DNA of 64,000 nucleotides from Vicinamibacterales bacterium (GTDB taxonomy: Bacteria; Acidobacteriota; Vicinamibacteria; Vicinamibacterales; UBA2999). The first letter of the stretch is position 1. Every line of letters starts with the position of its first letter. Position numbers and translations under genes: made by a program. The stretch lies in the NCBI GenBank assembly GCA_035575715.1, contig DATLXN010000020.1:123573-187572 (forward strand), given 5' to 3'. The notes under the pieces were generated by a model. The model had not been told where the DNA came from. It ran no database searches and saw only the letters and a list, made by a program, of their open reading frames with translations. Below are positions 18,769 to 27,456 of the stretch, in pieces.

Positions 18769-19589
18769 TCTGTCGGTCCTTCAGTGGCGTCGGCGTACGG
18801 CGCGTCTTTCGGGCGCGCTCGCTTGTAAATACGAATCGGGCTCATTTGCCCCGACTGGAAGACACGGATCAATTTCAGCCGGATCATTTCGAGCAGTGCC
18901 AGGAACGTGACGACCATGTCGCCGCGCGTGGCGGCATCTTCGAACAGATCTTCAAACCCACAGGCGTCGGTTTCCGACAAGCGCGCCAGCAGTTGTTCGA
19001 TGCGGCTTTCGATCGACACCTGCTCCGGTGGTAACGGCACCGGCGGACGTTCGCGCGCACGCTCCAGCACGGAACGAAACGCCGCCAGCAGGCTGAACAG
19101 GTCGACTTCGAGTTCGGGCTCGTAATCGTCCCCGGCCAGCGCTTCGATGCGCGAGTCAGGGCGGGTCCACTGCGCACTGCGCAGCGTCTCGCGGTCGTGC
19201 AGCAGTTCGGCAGCCGCCTTGAACTTCTGATGCTCCAGCAGGCGCTGCACCAACGTGTCGCGCGGATCGTCCTCGGCATCGTCCGCCTGATTTGGATCAG
19301 GCCGCGGCAACAACATCCGGCTCTTGATATGAATCAGCGTCGCCGCCATGACCAGAAACTCGCTGGCGACATCGAGATTCAGTTCCTGCATCAAGTCGAG
19401 ATACTCGAGGTACTGCTTGGTCACCAGCGCAATTGGGATGTCGTAGACGTTGATCTGGTGTTTCTTGATCAGGTGCACTAACAGATCGAGCGGGCCTTCG
19501 AAGGACTTCAGCGTAATGCGGATGTCTTCGAGCTGCGACTCAAACCCTTCGCTGCTGTGCGAGCCCGTCTTGTCGGGCGTATCACTCAT
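18765..19589 (-). CDS. scpA: segregation and condensation protein A
   Basis: FEGPLDLLVHLIKKHQINVYDIPIALVTKQYLEYL. It overlaps scpB by 4 nt. Confidence 0.9.
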   Translation of the reverse strand: MSDTPDKTGSHSSEGFESQLEDIRITLKSFEGPLDLLVHLIKKHQINVYDIPIALVTKQYLEYLDLMQELNLDVASEFLVMAATLIHIKSRMLLPRPDPNQADDAEDDPRDTLVQRLLEHQKFKAAAELLHDRETLRSAQWTRPDSRIEALAGDDYEPELEVDLFSLLAAFRSVLERARERPPVPLPPEQVSIESRIEQLLARLSETDACGFEDLFEDAATRGDMVVTFLALLEMIRLKLIRVFQSGQMSPIRIYKRARPKDAPYADATEGPTE

Positions 19590-19595
19590 TCGTTC

Positions 19596-19636
19596 CCCTG
19601 ATCCCTGATCCCTGATCCCTGATCCCTGATCCCTAG
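19596..19636. repeat. CCCTGAT/GGGATCA heptamer array filling the trpS-scpA junction
   Basis: ccctgat x5 followed by ccctag. The terminal cta (19633-19635) is the trpS stop codon on the minus strand. The array ends 6 nt before the scpA start codon. Confidence 0.85.
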
Positions 19637-20631
19637 TATTTCAACCGCACCGCGCCGCGTACCCGGTCCATCGTTTCTTGCGCCACGACGCGGGCTTTAC
19701 GCGAGCCCTCGATCAGCACGTCGCGAATGTAACCAGGCCGGGCGATCGCTGCCTCGCGGCGCGCCCGAATCGGCGCCAGCATGTCGTTCACGGCAGTCGA
19801 CAGTTTCGTTTTGACTTCGACGTCGCCGACGGTGCCTTCACGGTAGCGCGCCTTCAGATCGTCGACCTCGTCGCGGTTCGGATTGAACGCATCATGGTAG
19901 ATGAAGACCGGGTTGCCTTCGACTGTGCCAGCGATGTCAGCGCGCACGCGCTTGGGATCCGTATACATCTGACGGATCTTCTTCTTTACCGTTTCAGGAT
20001 CGTCCGCGAGGTCGATGGTGTTGCCGTAGCTCTTGCTCATCTTGCGGTTGTCGAGACCCGGCAAGCGCGGGGTCGGTGTCAGCAGTGCCTGCGGTTCGAC
20101 AAACACCTCGCCGTAATAGTTGTGGAACCGCCGCACGACCTCACGCGATAGCTCGAGATGCGGCACCTGGTCCTCACCCACCGGCACCACCTGAGCGTTG
20201 TAGATCACCACGTCGGCCGTCTGGAGCAACGGGTAGCCAAGAAAGCCAATACTCGACAGATCCTTCTCGGACAACTGCTCGATCTGTTCCTTGTAGGTCG
20301 GCACCCGTTCCAGCCACGGAACCGGAATCACCATCTGCAACAGCAAATAAAGCTCGGCGTGTTCGGGGACCATCGACTGCACAAACAGTGTGCTGCGCTC
20401 GGGGTCGATGCCGGCGCCAATCCAATCCGCGACGTTGTCGAACGCGCTCGGCACCACATCGGTCGTATCGGCGTAGCCGCTGGTCAACGCATGCCAGTCG
20501 GCGACGAAATAAAAACAATCGAACTGCGATTGGAGCTTTTCCCAGTTATGAAGCGCTCCCACCAGGTGTCCCAGGTGAAGGCGTCCAGTGGGGCGCATGC
20601 CCGAAACTACGCGCTTGGTTATCTCTGCCAC
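19633..20631 (-). CDS. trpS: tryptophan--tRNA ligase
   Basis: SGMRPTGRLHLGHLVGAL (HIGH region), KMSKS and GYPLLQTADV. Confidence 0.9.
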   Translation of the reverse strand: MAEITKRVVSGMRPTGRLHLGHLVGALHNWEKLQSQFDCFYFVADWHALTSGYADTTDVVPSAFDNVADWIGAGIDPERSTLFVQSMVPEHAELYLLLQMVIPVPWLERVPTYKEQIEQLSEKDLSSIGFLGYPLLQTADVVIYNAQVVPVGEDQVPHLELSREVVRRFHNYYGEVFVEPQALLTPTPRLPGLDNRKMSKSYGNTIDLADDPETVKKKIRQMYTDPKRVRADIAGTVEGNPVFIYHDAFNPNRDEVDDLKARYREGTVGDVEVKTKLSTAVNDMLAPIRARREAAIARPGYIRDVLIEGSRKARVVAQETMDRVRGAVRLKY

Positions 20632-20653
20632 AGGTGCGGCCTATTGTACGAGG

Positions 20654-21214
20654 CTATCTGCTGATCTGGACGCCGAGATGATCCGCCGCCTCGGCGACTT
20701 CGGGCATTTCGATGGTCAGTTTGCGGGGCGGGGTGCTGATTGCCACGTGCTTGACGACGCGCTCGTAAAAGAGCGTCACGTTGGTCCAGTCCGCATCCAA
20801 GGTCGACCACCACGACATCCCCGCAGCGCCCTCATCGAAGATACGGCGCGCGATCGCCTGCGTCTCGCGACGACGACGGGTGGCGACCCGAGAGGGCCGC
20901 AGATGGCGTTTGATCAGCTGACGCGGATGGTCCAGATCGACCACTGCCAGACTCGTGTCGAGACGCAATCCAACGATCGCCAGGCTGACCCGTCCCATCC
21001 GACGACAATCGGCATTCGTGAGCGCTTGCCCGCGCAGGTGCTGGATACGTTCGGCAATTGCGCCGACCGCCTGCCTGGTGGCGTACCACGCGGCGTAACG
21101 ATCCGGAGCGTCGTGACGGCCGGCCCCTTGATGGATGCGCGGGACGAATAACGGCCCTCCGCCCTCACCGCCCTGGGATGTGCCATCCCAGTGGAAGACG
21201 CGAAACAGCTCCAC
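20654..21214 (-). CDS. RES-domain toxin (NAD-targeting toxin family)
   Basis: GAGRHDAPDRYAAWYATRQAVGAIAERIQH supplies the Arg and Glu positions. AAGMSWWSTLDADWTNVTLFYE supplies the Ser position. It lies immediately downstream of an Xre/DUF2384-type antitoxin gene. Confidence 0.75.
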   Translation of the reverse strand: MELFRVFHWDGTSQGGEGGGPLFVPRIHQGAGRHDAPDRYAAWYATRQAVGAIAERIQHLRGQALTNADCRRMGRVSLAIVGLRLDTSLAVVDLDHPRQLIKRHLRPSRVATRRRRETQAIARRIFDEGAAGMSWWSTLDADWTNVTLFYERVVKHVAISTPPRKLTIEMPEVAEAADHLGVQISR

Positions 21215-21243
21215 CTAGCGTCCAGGAACCGCGACACGCGACA

Positions 21244-21588
21244 CTAGGCGTACGAGCCCAATTCGTCCTGTTCAATTGCCGCGATGACTTCGGCGACGCG
21301 GTTGCTGGCGATCAAGTCGATCGGCCGGCGGTCGCCGAGATGCGCATTGATGCCCAGCAGCCATTTGCGCGCCGTCTCGGGATAGAAATGTTGCAGGAGC
21401 CGGGCAATCACGAACTCGAGGGCGTCGAGCTTGGCCTGGTTCTGCGGATCGGGCGCTTCGTTGGACAGCCACCGCGTGATCCGCGAACGGTCGACGTGCA
21501 GGATTCGCGCGACCTCGCTCTGCCCGCCGAGGGCGTCGGTCAGATGGCGCAGTTTGGCCTGGCTCAGCGTTGCGGCAGCAGGAGACAT
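21244..21588 (-). CDS. Xre-family antitoxin with C-terminal RES-toxin-binding (DUF2384-like) domain
   Basis: HTH segment GGQSEVARILHVDRSRITRWL. C-terminal ARKWLLGINAHLGDRRPIDLIASNRVAEVIAAIEQDELGSY matches the ParS/MbcA-type antitoxin pattern. Confidence 0.75.
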   Translation of the reverse strand: MSPAAATLSQAKLRHLTDALGGQSEVARILHVDRSRITRWLSNEAPDPQNQAKLDALEFVIARLLQHFYPETARKWLLGINAHLGDRRPIDLIASNRVAEVIAAIEQDELGSYA

Positions 21589-21601
21589 GCCCTTACCTTA
21601 A

Positions 21602-21638
21602 CGCAACACAATGTGTTGCGCAACATCTCTTGTTGCGC
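21602..21638. promoter_or_regulatory. two overlapping palindromes (putative antitoxin operator)
   Basis: cgcaacacaatgtgttgcg (21602-20) has perfect 9-bp arms. gcgcaacatctcttgttgcgc (21618-38) has 8-bp arms. Both are built on GCAACA..TGTTGC and lie in the 51-nt gap (21589-21639) just upstream of the antitoxin start. Confidence 0.6.
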
Positions 21639-21639
21639 G

Positions 21640-22272
21640 CTAAAGCAACCAGCCAAGAATGAGGTCACGGATCGGCATGGTCAGTGTCGACAGCAGACCC
21701 GTCAGCATCAGCACGTAGAGCATGATAAAGCCATACGGGCGCAACCGGTCGATGGTCGCCGCCGCCGATTCCGGCAACACGCCCATCAGCACGTTCCCCC
21801 CGTCCAGCGGTGGGATCGGAATCATGTTGAACACCGCCAGCAGCACATTGACCAGGACAAATAAGATCAACCCGCGCGACAACAGTTCACTGACGGCGAC
21901 GCCGGACTCGCTGTCGAGCGTCGCGTGAAAGACGATCGCCCCCGCCGTGGCCAGGATCAGATTACTGATCGGACCGGCCAGCGCGACGATGGCAAAGTCG
22001 CGACGCGGATGGCGCAGGTTGCGCATGTCGACCGGCACCGGCTTGGCCCAGCCGATCAGCGGCACCCCGGTCAGCAACGCGATGAGTGGGAAGACCAGCG
22101 TGCCGATGACATCGATATGCACGGCAGGATTGAGTGACAACCGTCCCAGCTGTCGCGCGGTCGGGTCGCCGAGGTAATTCGCCGTCCACGCGTGCGCCGC
22201 TTCGTGAAAAGTCAGCGAGGCGATGAGGATCACGAAGGCCGAGAGGATTTGTGTGAAATCGAGGCCAGCCAA
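21640..22272 (-). CDS. M50 (site-2-protease-like) integral membrane metallopeptidase
   Basis: HExxH in LTFHEAAHAWTANYLGD, followed by LSLNPAVHIDVIGT, and multiple TM segments. The start is uncertain. TTG 22272-22270 lies 4 nt after the upstream stop; the track start at 22401 would overlap the decarboxylase by 125 nt. Confidence 0.7.
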   Translation of the reverse strand: MAGLDFTQILSAFVILIASLTFHEAAHAWTANYLGDPTARQLGRLSLNPAVHIDVIGTLVFPLIALLTGVPLIGWAKPVPVDMRNLRHPRRDFAIVALAGPISNLILATAGAIVFHATLDSESGVAVSELLSRGLILFVLVNVLLAVFNMIPIPPLDGGNVLMGVLPESAAATIDRLRPYGFIMLYVLMLTGLLSTLTMPIRDLILGWLL

Positions 22273-22276
22273 GCGT

Positions 22277-23725
22277 CTAGGAGCGTAGCATGCCGGTTGC
22301 GATCCGACGAATCGTGGCCAGCAACCGTTCCACATCGTCGGGGCTGGTGCGGAAGTTGACAATACAGGCGCGCAGCGCGAAGGTCGAACCCAGCATCGCA
22401 TTGGAGAGATAGGAGTCGCCGTCGAGCTGCACGGCGACCATTAACTGTTTGTTGAACGCGTTGATCGCCTCCGGGTCGGTCATCCCCGGCGGCAGATAGC
22501 GGAAGCAGACGATGCTCAATGGCACCGGCGCGAGCCGCTTGAAGTCGGGGCTGGCATCGATCGCAGCGGCAAGTTCTTGTGCGACGGCGATATTGCCGGA
22601 CATGGCGTCGCGCAACGCGGCGGCGCCGTGGCATTTGAAGATGAACCACAGCTTCAGTGCCCGGAAGCGGCGGGTCAGCTCAGGACCATAGTCCCAGAAC
22701 GCAAAGTCCGACATGCCGCGCCCGGCAATCACGTCGATGTACGCGGCGCCGTGACTGAAAGTCCGGCGCAGGTGGTCGATGTCGCGCACCAGCAGGCAGC
22801 CGACGTCGACCGGCGCGAACAGCCACTTGTGGGGGTCGAGCGACATCGAGTCGGCGCGGCTTCGGCCACGCATCGCGTCGCCGAGCGCCGGCACACCTGC
22901 CGCAAACCCACCGTAGGCGCCGTCGATGTGAAACCACACCTTCTCGTCCGCGCACAGCGTCGCCAGATCGTCGAGTGGATCGATCGCCCCGGTATTGACC
23001 TCTCCCGCATTCCCGACCACGCAGACCGGGAGATCGCCAGCCGCTCGATCGGCGCGGAGCATTTCGCGGAGCGCGTCGACGCGGACACGGAAGTTCGCGT
23101 CGACTGGCACGGTGCGGATGGCGTCGCGGCCGATGCCGAGCAGCGCCGCCGATTTGCCGATCGACATGTGGGTCATCGCGGAGGTGTAGATGCGTGGTGC
23201 GCCAGGCAAGGCGCCGACCCCATGCTGATTGACATCGACGCCGCTACTGGCGCGCACGGCGGCGGCGAGCGCCGCGAAGTTGGCCATCGATCCGCCGCTG
23301 ACCAGCAACCCGCCACCGGTCGGCGCGAACCCGACAAGCGCCTTCACCCAGTCGATCACCTGCAGTTCGATCGTGGTCGCCGACGGCGACGATCGCCACG
23401 AGGTCAGGTTCTGGTTGAGAGCCGACGCGAGGAAATCGCCAATCACGCCGGCGAAGGCGGCGGAGGATTGCACGTAGCCGAACATCCGCGGGTGGCCGTT
23501 CTTGCGGCCGAGGGTCGCCAGATCGGCGAACTGTGCCAGGACGGCCTGGGCGTCCTGCGGCGCCTCGGGTAATGTCTCCGCGATTTGCGCGTTCAGTCCG
23601 GCCGCCGTCACCTGCGGATAAAGCGGACCGGCCGCCCCTTCGTCGAAATACCGTTGCACCCAGTCGAGCGCGGCGCGGCCCAAGGCGTCGCGCCGACCGC
23701 GGGGGAGGTCGAGATCGCCCATCAC
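22277..23725 (-). CDS. PLP-dependent group II (aromatic-amino-acid/glutamate-type) decarboxylase, paralog 1
   Basis: SGGSMANFAAL, HIDGAYGGFA and the PLP-lysine block SLDPHKWLFAPVDVGCLLV. Confidence 0.85.
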   Translation of the reverse strand: MMGDLDLPRGRRDALGRAALDWVQRYFDEGAAGPLYPQVTAAGLNAQIAETLPEAPQDAQAVLAQFADLATLGRKNGHPRMFGYVQSSAAFAGVIGDFLASALNQNLTSWRSSPSATTIELQVIDWVKALVGFAPTGGGLLVSGGSMANFAALAAAVRASSGVDVNQHGVGALPGAPRIYTSAMTHMSIGKSAALLGIGRDAIRTVPVDANFRVRVDALREMLRADRAAGDLPVCVVGNAGEVNTGAIDPLDDLATLCADEKVWFHIDGAYGGFAAGVPALGDAMRGRSRADSMSLDPHKWLFAPVDVGCLLVRDIDHLRRTFSHGAAYIDVIAGRGMSDFAFWDYGPELTRRFRALKLWFIFKCHGAAALRDAMSGNIAVAQELAAAIDASPDFKRLAPVPLSIVCFRYLPPGMTDPEAINAFNKQLMVAVQLDGDSYLSNAMLGSTFALRACIVNFRTSPDDVERLLATIRRIATGMLRS

Positions 23726-25563
23726 GTGTGGTGCGTAAAGTACTCGATGATCGCGCCGGCGGCCTTCGCCCCGACGACGCGCGTCAGATCTTCACGCGAG
23801 GCGCGCCGGACGCCGGCCAGGCTGCCAAACTGGGTCAGCAGCACCTTGCGGCGCCGCGGGCCAATGCCCGGCACCACGTCGAGCTCCGAGCGAAGGTCGC
23901 GCATCGAACGGGCCTGGCGGTGAAAGGTGACGGCAAACCGATGCGCTTCGTCACGAATGCGCTGGAGTAAGCGGAGCGCCGCGCCGTGCGGGTCCATGGC
24001 TATCGGGAGTTCGCTGTGGCGGACGAAGACCAGTTCTTCCCTCTTCGCCAGCCCGAGCGCGACAAGGTTGGCCAGGCCGATCTCTTCGAGCGCTGCGTAG
24101 GCGGCGTTGAGCTGACCCTTGCCGCCATCGATCAGAATCAAGTCAGGGAACGGCCCGCCGCTCTCGATAATCTTGCGGTATCGGCGCCCGACCACCTGCT
24201 TCATCGCGGCGAAGTCGTCGAGAAAAGGGGCAGGCCCATTTTCTGTTTCTGCGCTGCGTACTCGGTATTTGCGATATTCGCCCTTTTTCATCCGGCCGTC
24301 TTCGCAGACCACCATCGACGCGACCGTTTCGGCACCTTGGTTCGTCGAGATATCGAAACACTCGATCCGCCGCGGCAGCGCCGGCAGCTTGAGGATGCCC
24401 TTGAGCATGTCGAGCGCGTCGTATTGCGCGGTCGCCTCGGTGTCGAATCGCGTGCGATAGGCAAACGCCGCGTTGCGCTGCGCGAGTTCGACCATCTCCT
24501 TCTTGTCGCCGCGCTGTGGGACCAGAATGCGAACTTTGCGTTCGGCCCGTGCCGAGAGCCACGCGTCGAGCACATCCCGGTCTTCCGGCTCGATTGCCGC
24601 ATGCACTTCCGGCGGTGGCACTGCATCGGTGTAAAGCTGCTGGATGGCAATCTCGAGCAGTTCGGATTCTGAGCCGGGCACCGCCGCGCCTTCGCCCTCG
24701 CCACCGGTCTGGAGTTCGAACCGCTCGATCACGCGGCCGCCGCGAAAGACAAAGACCTGCACCACCGCGCCCTGCGTCCCCAGCTTGACGCCGATCACGT
24801 CGCGGTCGTTGAGGCCGGCGGTGGCCATTTTCTGCTGCCGCTCGCGCACCGCATCGACGGTGCGGATCGCATCACGCAGTTGTGCCGCTTCCTCGAACCG
24901 CTCGTCTTCAGCAGCGCGCTCCATGCGGTCACGCAGTTGGTTCGATAACTCGGCGTTCCGGCCTTCGAGAAATAATCGCGTGTCGGCGACCGCGACGGCA
25001 TAACGCTCCTCCGTGCAAATCTTCAGCACGCAGGGGGCCAGGCAGCGGCCGATGTCGTATTCAAGGCAGGGCCGCGCGCGAAAGCCGGTGATGACCTCGT
25101 TGCACGACCGAATACCAAACATCTTGTGCGTCAGCCCCATCGTCCGCCGCGCCAACTTGGCAGGCAGGAATGGACCGGCGAAATAGTCACCGCCCTTCTC
25201 CACCTGGCGGGCGACGATCACGCGCGGAAAGGCCTCGGTCGTGGTCAACTGCAGGTAGGGGTAATTCTTATCGTCACGCAGCAGGATGTTGTAGCGCGGG
25301 TAGCGCTGCTTGATCAGGTTGCTCTCGAGGGCGAGCGCCTCGACCACCGAGTCGGTGACGATCACTTCGACTTTTGCCGCTTCGTCGAGCAGGGCGTCAT
25401 GGCGCGGGCTGGTCCCATAGGCGCCGAGGTAACTGCGTACACGGTCCCGCAAGGAGCGCGCTTTACCGACGTAGAGCGTCTCCCCCGCCGCATTGGTATA
25501 GATATAGACCCCGGGCTGATGCGGCAGCCTCGACATCTGCTCCTTGAGGTCGTGAATCGCCAT
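23722..25563 (-). CDS. uvrC: excinuclease ABC subunit C
   Basis: GIY-YIG segment PGVYIYTNAAGETLYVGKARSLRDRV, a UVR domain, an endonuclease domain and a C-terminal (HhH)2. Confidence 0.9.
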   Translation of the reverse strand: MAIHDLKEQMSRLPHQPGVYIYTNAAGETLYVGKARSLRDRVRSYLGAYGTSPRHDALLDEAAKVEVIVTDSVVEALALESNLIKQRYPRYNILLRDDKNYPYLQLTTTEAFPRVIVARQVEKGGDYFAGPFLPAKLARRTMGLTHKMFGIRSCNEVITGFRARPCLEYDIGRCLAPCVLKICTEERYAVAVADTRLFLEGRNAELSNQLRDRMERAAEDERFEEAAQLRDAIRTVDAVRERQQKMATAGLNDRDVIGVKLGTQGAVVQVFVFRGGRVIERFELQTGGEGEGAAVPGSESELLEIAIQQLYTDAVPPPEVHAAIEPEDRDVLDAWLSARAERKVRILVPQRGDKKEMVELAQRNAAFAYRTRFDTEATAQYDALDMLKGILKLPALPRRIECFDISTNQGAETVASMVVCEDGRMKKGEYRKYRVRSAETENGPAPFLDDFAAMKQVVGRRYRKIIESGGPFPDLILIDGGKGQLNAAYAALEEIGLANLVALGLAKREELVFVRHSELPIAMDPHGAALRLLQRIRDEAHRFAVTFHRQARSMRDLRSELDVVPGIGPRRRKVLLTQFGSLAGVRRASREDLTRVVGAKAAGAIIEYFTHHT

Positions 25564-25647
25564 TGGGTTGCTGACGCTGCAGGCCGCTGCGCGGCAGGAC
25601 TCGCTTTTTGCTTACGGTCGGCGGGAACCTTCTCTATATTCTAAGCG

Positions 25648-26418
25648 ATGACTTTTACAGGCGCGATTGGCGCCATCTGTATGCTCCCGCTGCGCGGCAT
25701 CATCGCCGCCAGCGTCGCGCTCGGCGTCCACCCCAATGTGCTGACACTGATTGGGGTGCTCATCAATATCGTCGCCGCCTGGGCCTTAGCAATGGATCGC
25801 TTTGTCCTGGCCGGCGTGATCATGATTATCGCCAACATCTTCGACTTTATCGACGGCAAGGTCGCCCACATCTCCGGCAAACAGTCTGAATTTGGCGCGT
25901 TCTGGGACTCGACCCTCGACCGCTTCTCAGACCTGGCGTTGTTTACCGGACTAATCTGGCTCTATTCGTCGCTCGGTCGCGAGGGATATGTGCTGGTGGC
26001 GACGCTGACGCTGATTTTCTCAATCATGACCAGTTACGCACGGGCGCGCGCCGAGTCGCTGATCGAGAAGTGCAAGGTCGGATTCATGGAGCGCCCTGAA
26101 CGGATCGTGCTGTTCATGATTGGCGCGTTCACCGACCGGATGGCCGGGGTGTTGTGGGTGATTCTGGTGCTGTCGATCGCAACCGTGGCCAACCGGATTT
26201 ATTACACCTACCTGACGCTGAACCGGTTGCCAATGCCGTCGACCTCAGGGCCCCTGGGGTGGCTCCGTCGCGCGTTCTTCTGGCGTGACGAGCGGGCGAC
26301 TGTCGCCTACGACATCTGGGTCATCGTCATCCTCGCGTTCGTGTGGCTGGTGCCGCCGGACTGGATCCGCGACCCCACGGCCTCGGGCCTTGGCTTGCTG
26401 GACTTCGTGCTGCGATAG
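25648..26418 (+). CDS. CDP-alcohol phosphatidyltransferase family protein
   Basis: DFIDGKVAHISGKQSEFGAFWDSTLDRFSD matches D(x)2DG(x)2AR..G(x)3D(x)3D, with multiple TM helices. The head-group specificity is not determinable. Confidence 0.8.
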   Translation: MTFTGAIGAICMLPLRGIIAASVALGVHPNVLTLIGVLINIVAAWALAMDRFVLAGVIMIIANIFDFIDGKVAHISGKQSEFGAFWDSTLDRFSDLALFTGLIWLYSSLGREGYVLVATLTLIFSIMTSYARARAESLIEKCKVGFMERPERIVLFMIGAFTDRMAGVLWVILVLSIATVANRIYYTYLTLNRLPMPSTSGPLGWLRRAFFWRDERATVAYDIWVIVILAFVWLVPPDWIRDPTASGLGLLDFVLR

Positions 26419-26444
26419 AGTGCCCCAGACCGCTTTGGTCGCCA

Positions 26445-27323
26445 CTACGACGCCTTTCGCTTTTTCGCAGCACCTTTTGCTACGACCTGTTTCTTGGTAC
26501 TCTTAGCGACGGCGTCGTCGTCCACCTTCGCCGTTTTCTTCTTGCCGCTACTGACCTGATCGAGACTGCGACGGAGCGCTTCCATCAGGTCGACGACCTT
26601 GGGCGGCGCCTCCTCTTCCTGCGCGACGAATTCCTCGCCCGCAATCTTGGCGTCGATAATCTGCTGCAGTCCTTCCTGGTATTCGTCCTTGTAGTCGGCG
26701 AGATTAAGGTCGCCTTCGAAGCTTTCGATGACCTGCTTCGCCAGTTTCATTTCGGCCGGCCCGACCTTGCCACGCACTTCGCGTAACTCATCGATCTGAT
26801 CGATGGTCCGGATCTCCGCGGCGTGATGCAGCGTGTACATCACCAACCCCTGTTTGTGCGGCTTGACAGCCACGAGGTATTCACGCCCGTGGATCGCAAC
26901 TTTGCCGACCCCGATCTTGCCGACCATGCCGTCACGCATCACCGCGTAGGCGTCGGTCGCCAGTGGGCCGTCAGGCACCAGGTAATAGGCGCGATCGACG
27001 TACATCGGGTCGATGTCGTCCTGACTGGCGAACTGCAGCAGGTTGATGACCTTGGTCGACTCGGTCCGGACCTTGGCGATGTCTTCTTCGGACATCACGA
27101 CCCAGCGGCCTTTCTCGAACTCGTAGCCTTTGACCACTTCGGCTGACGTGATCTCACGCTCGCACTTCGAGCACCACTTCTTCTGATTGATGCGGGTCTG
27201 ACATTCGGCGTGTAGCTGATTGAAGGAGATCGTCGCGCTGGATTCGGTGGCGGGATACACCTTCACCGGAATGTTGACGAGACTGACCTTCAAATAGCCC
27301 TTCCACGTAGGGCGCGGCGGCAT
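26445..27323 (-). CDS. ku: Ku DNA end-binding protein (NHEJ)
   Basis: MPPRPTWKGYLKVSLVNIPVKVYPAT.. and a Lys-rich C-terminal tail. The start is ATG 27323-27321 with GAAGGAG 7 nt upstream; the track start at 27380 runs into the repeat array. Confidence 0.85.
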   Translation of the reverse strand: MPPRPTWKGYLKVSLVNIPVKVYPATESSATISFNQLHAECQTRINQKKWCSKCEREITSAEVVKGYEFEKGRWVVMSEEDIAKVRTESTKVINLLQFASQDDIDPMYVDRAYYLVPDGPLATDAYAVMRDGMVGKIGVGKVAIHGREYLVAVKPHKQGLVMYTLHHAAEIRTIDQIDELREVRGKVGPAEMKLAKQVIESFEGDLNLADYKDEYQEGLQQIIDAKIAGEEFVAQEEEAPPKVVDLMEALRRSLDQVSSGKKKTAKVDDDAVAKSTKKQVVAKGAAKKRKAS

Positions 27324-27365
27324 AGTTGCTCCTTCTATCGGGCACTCGCTGGATGTCTGTAGGAA

Positions 27366-27456
27366 CCGGTAGCCGGCCACCGGCCACCGACTACCGACTA
27401 CCGGCTACCGGCCACCGGCTACCGACCACCGGCCACCGGCCACCGGCCACCGGCTA
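27366..27456. repeat. 13-unit heptamer tandem array (CCGGCCA/CCGGCTA/CCGACTA)
   Basis: The units read ccggtag ccggcca ccggcca ccgacta ccgacta ccggcta ccggcca ccggcta ccgacca ccggcca x3 ccggcta. The last cta (27454-56) is the stop codon of the upstream minus-strand gene. The array lies between that gene and ku. Confidence 0.9.

Noticed and set aside
27366-27456. Tandem arrays (also 19596-19636 and 29545-29632) considered as possible CRISPR arrays
   Set aside because: The units are only 7-8 nt and directly abut each other with no spacers. No cas genes are nearby. They are microsatellite-type repeats, not CRISPR.
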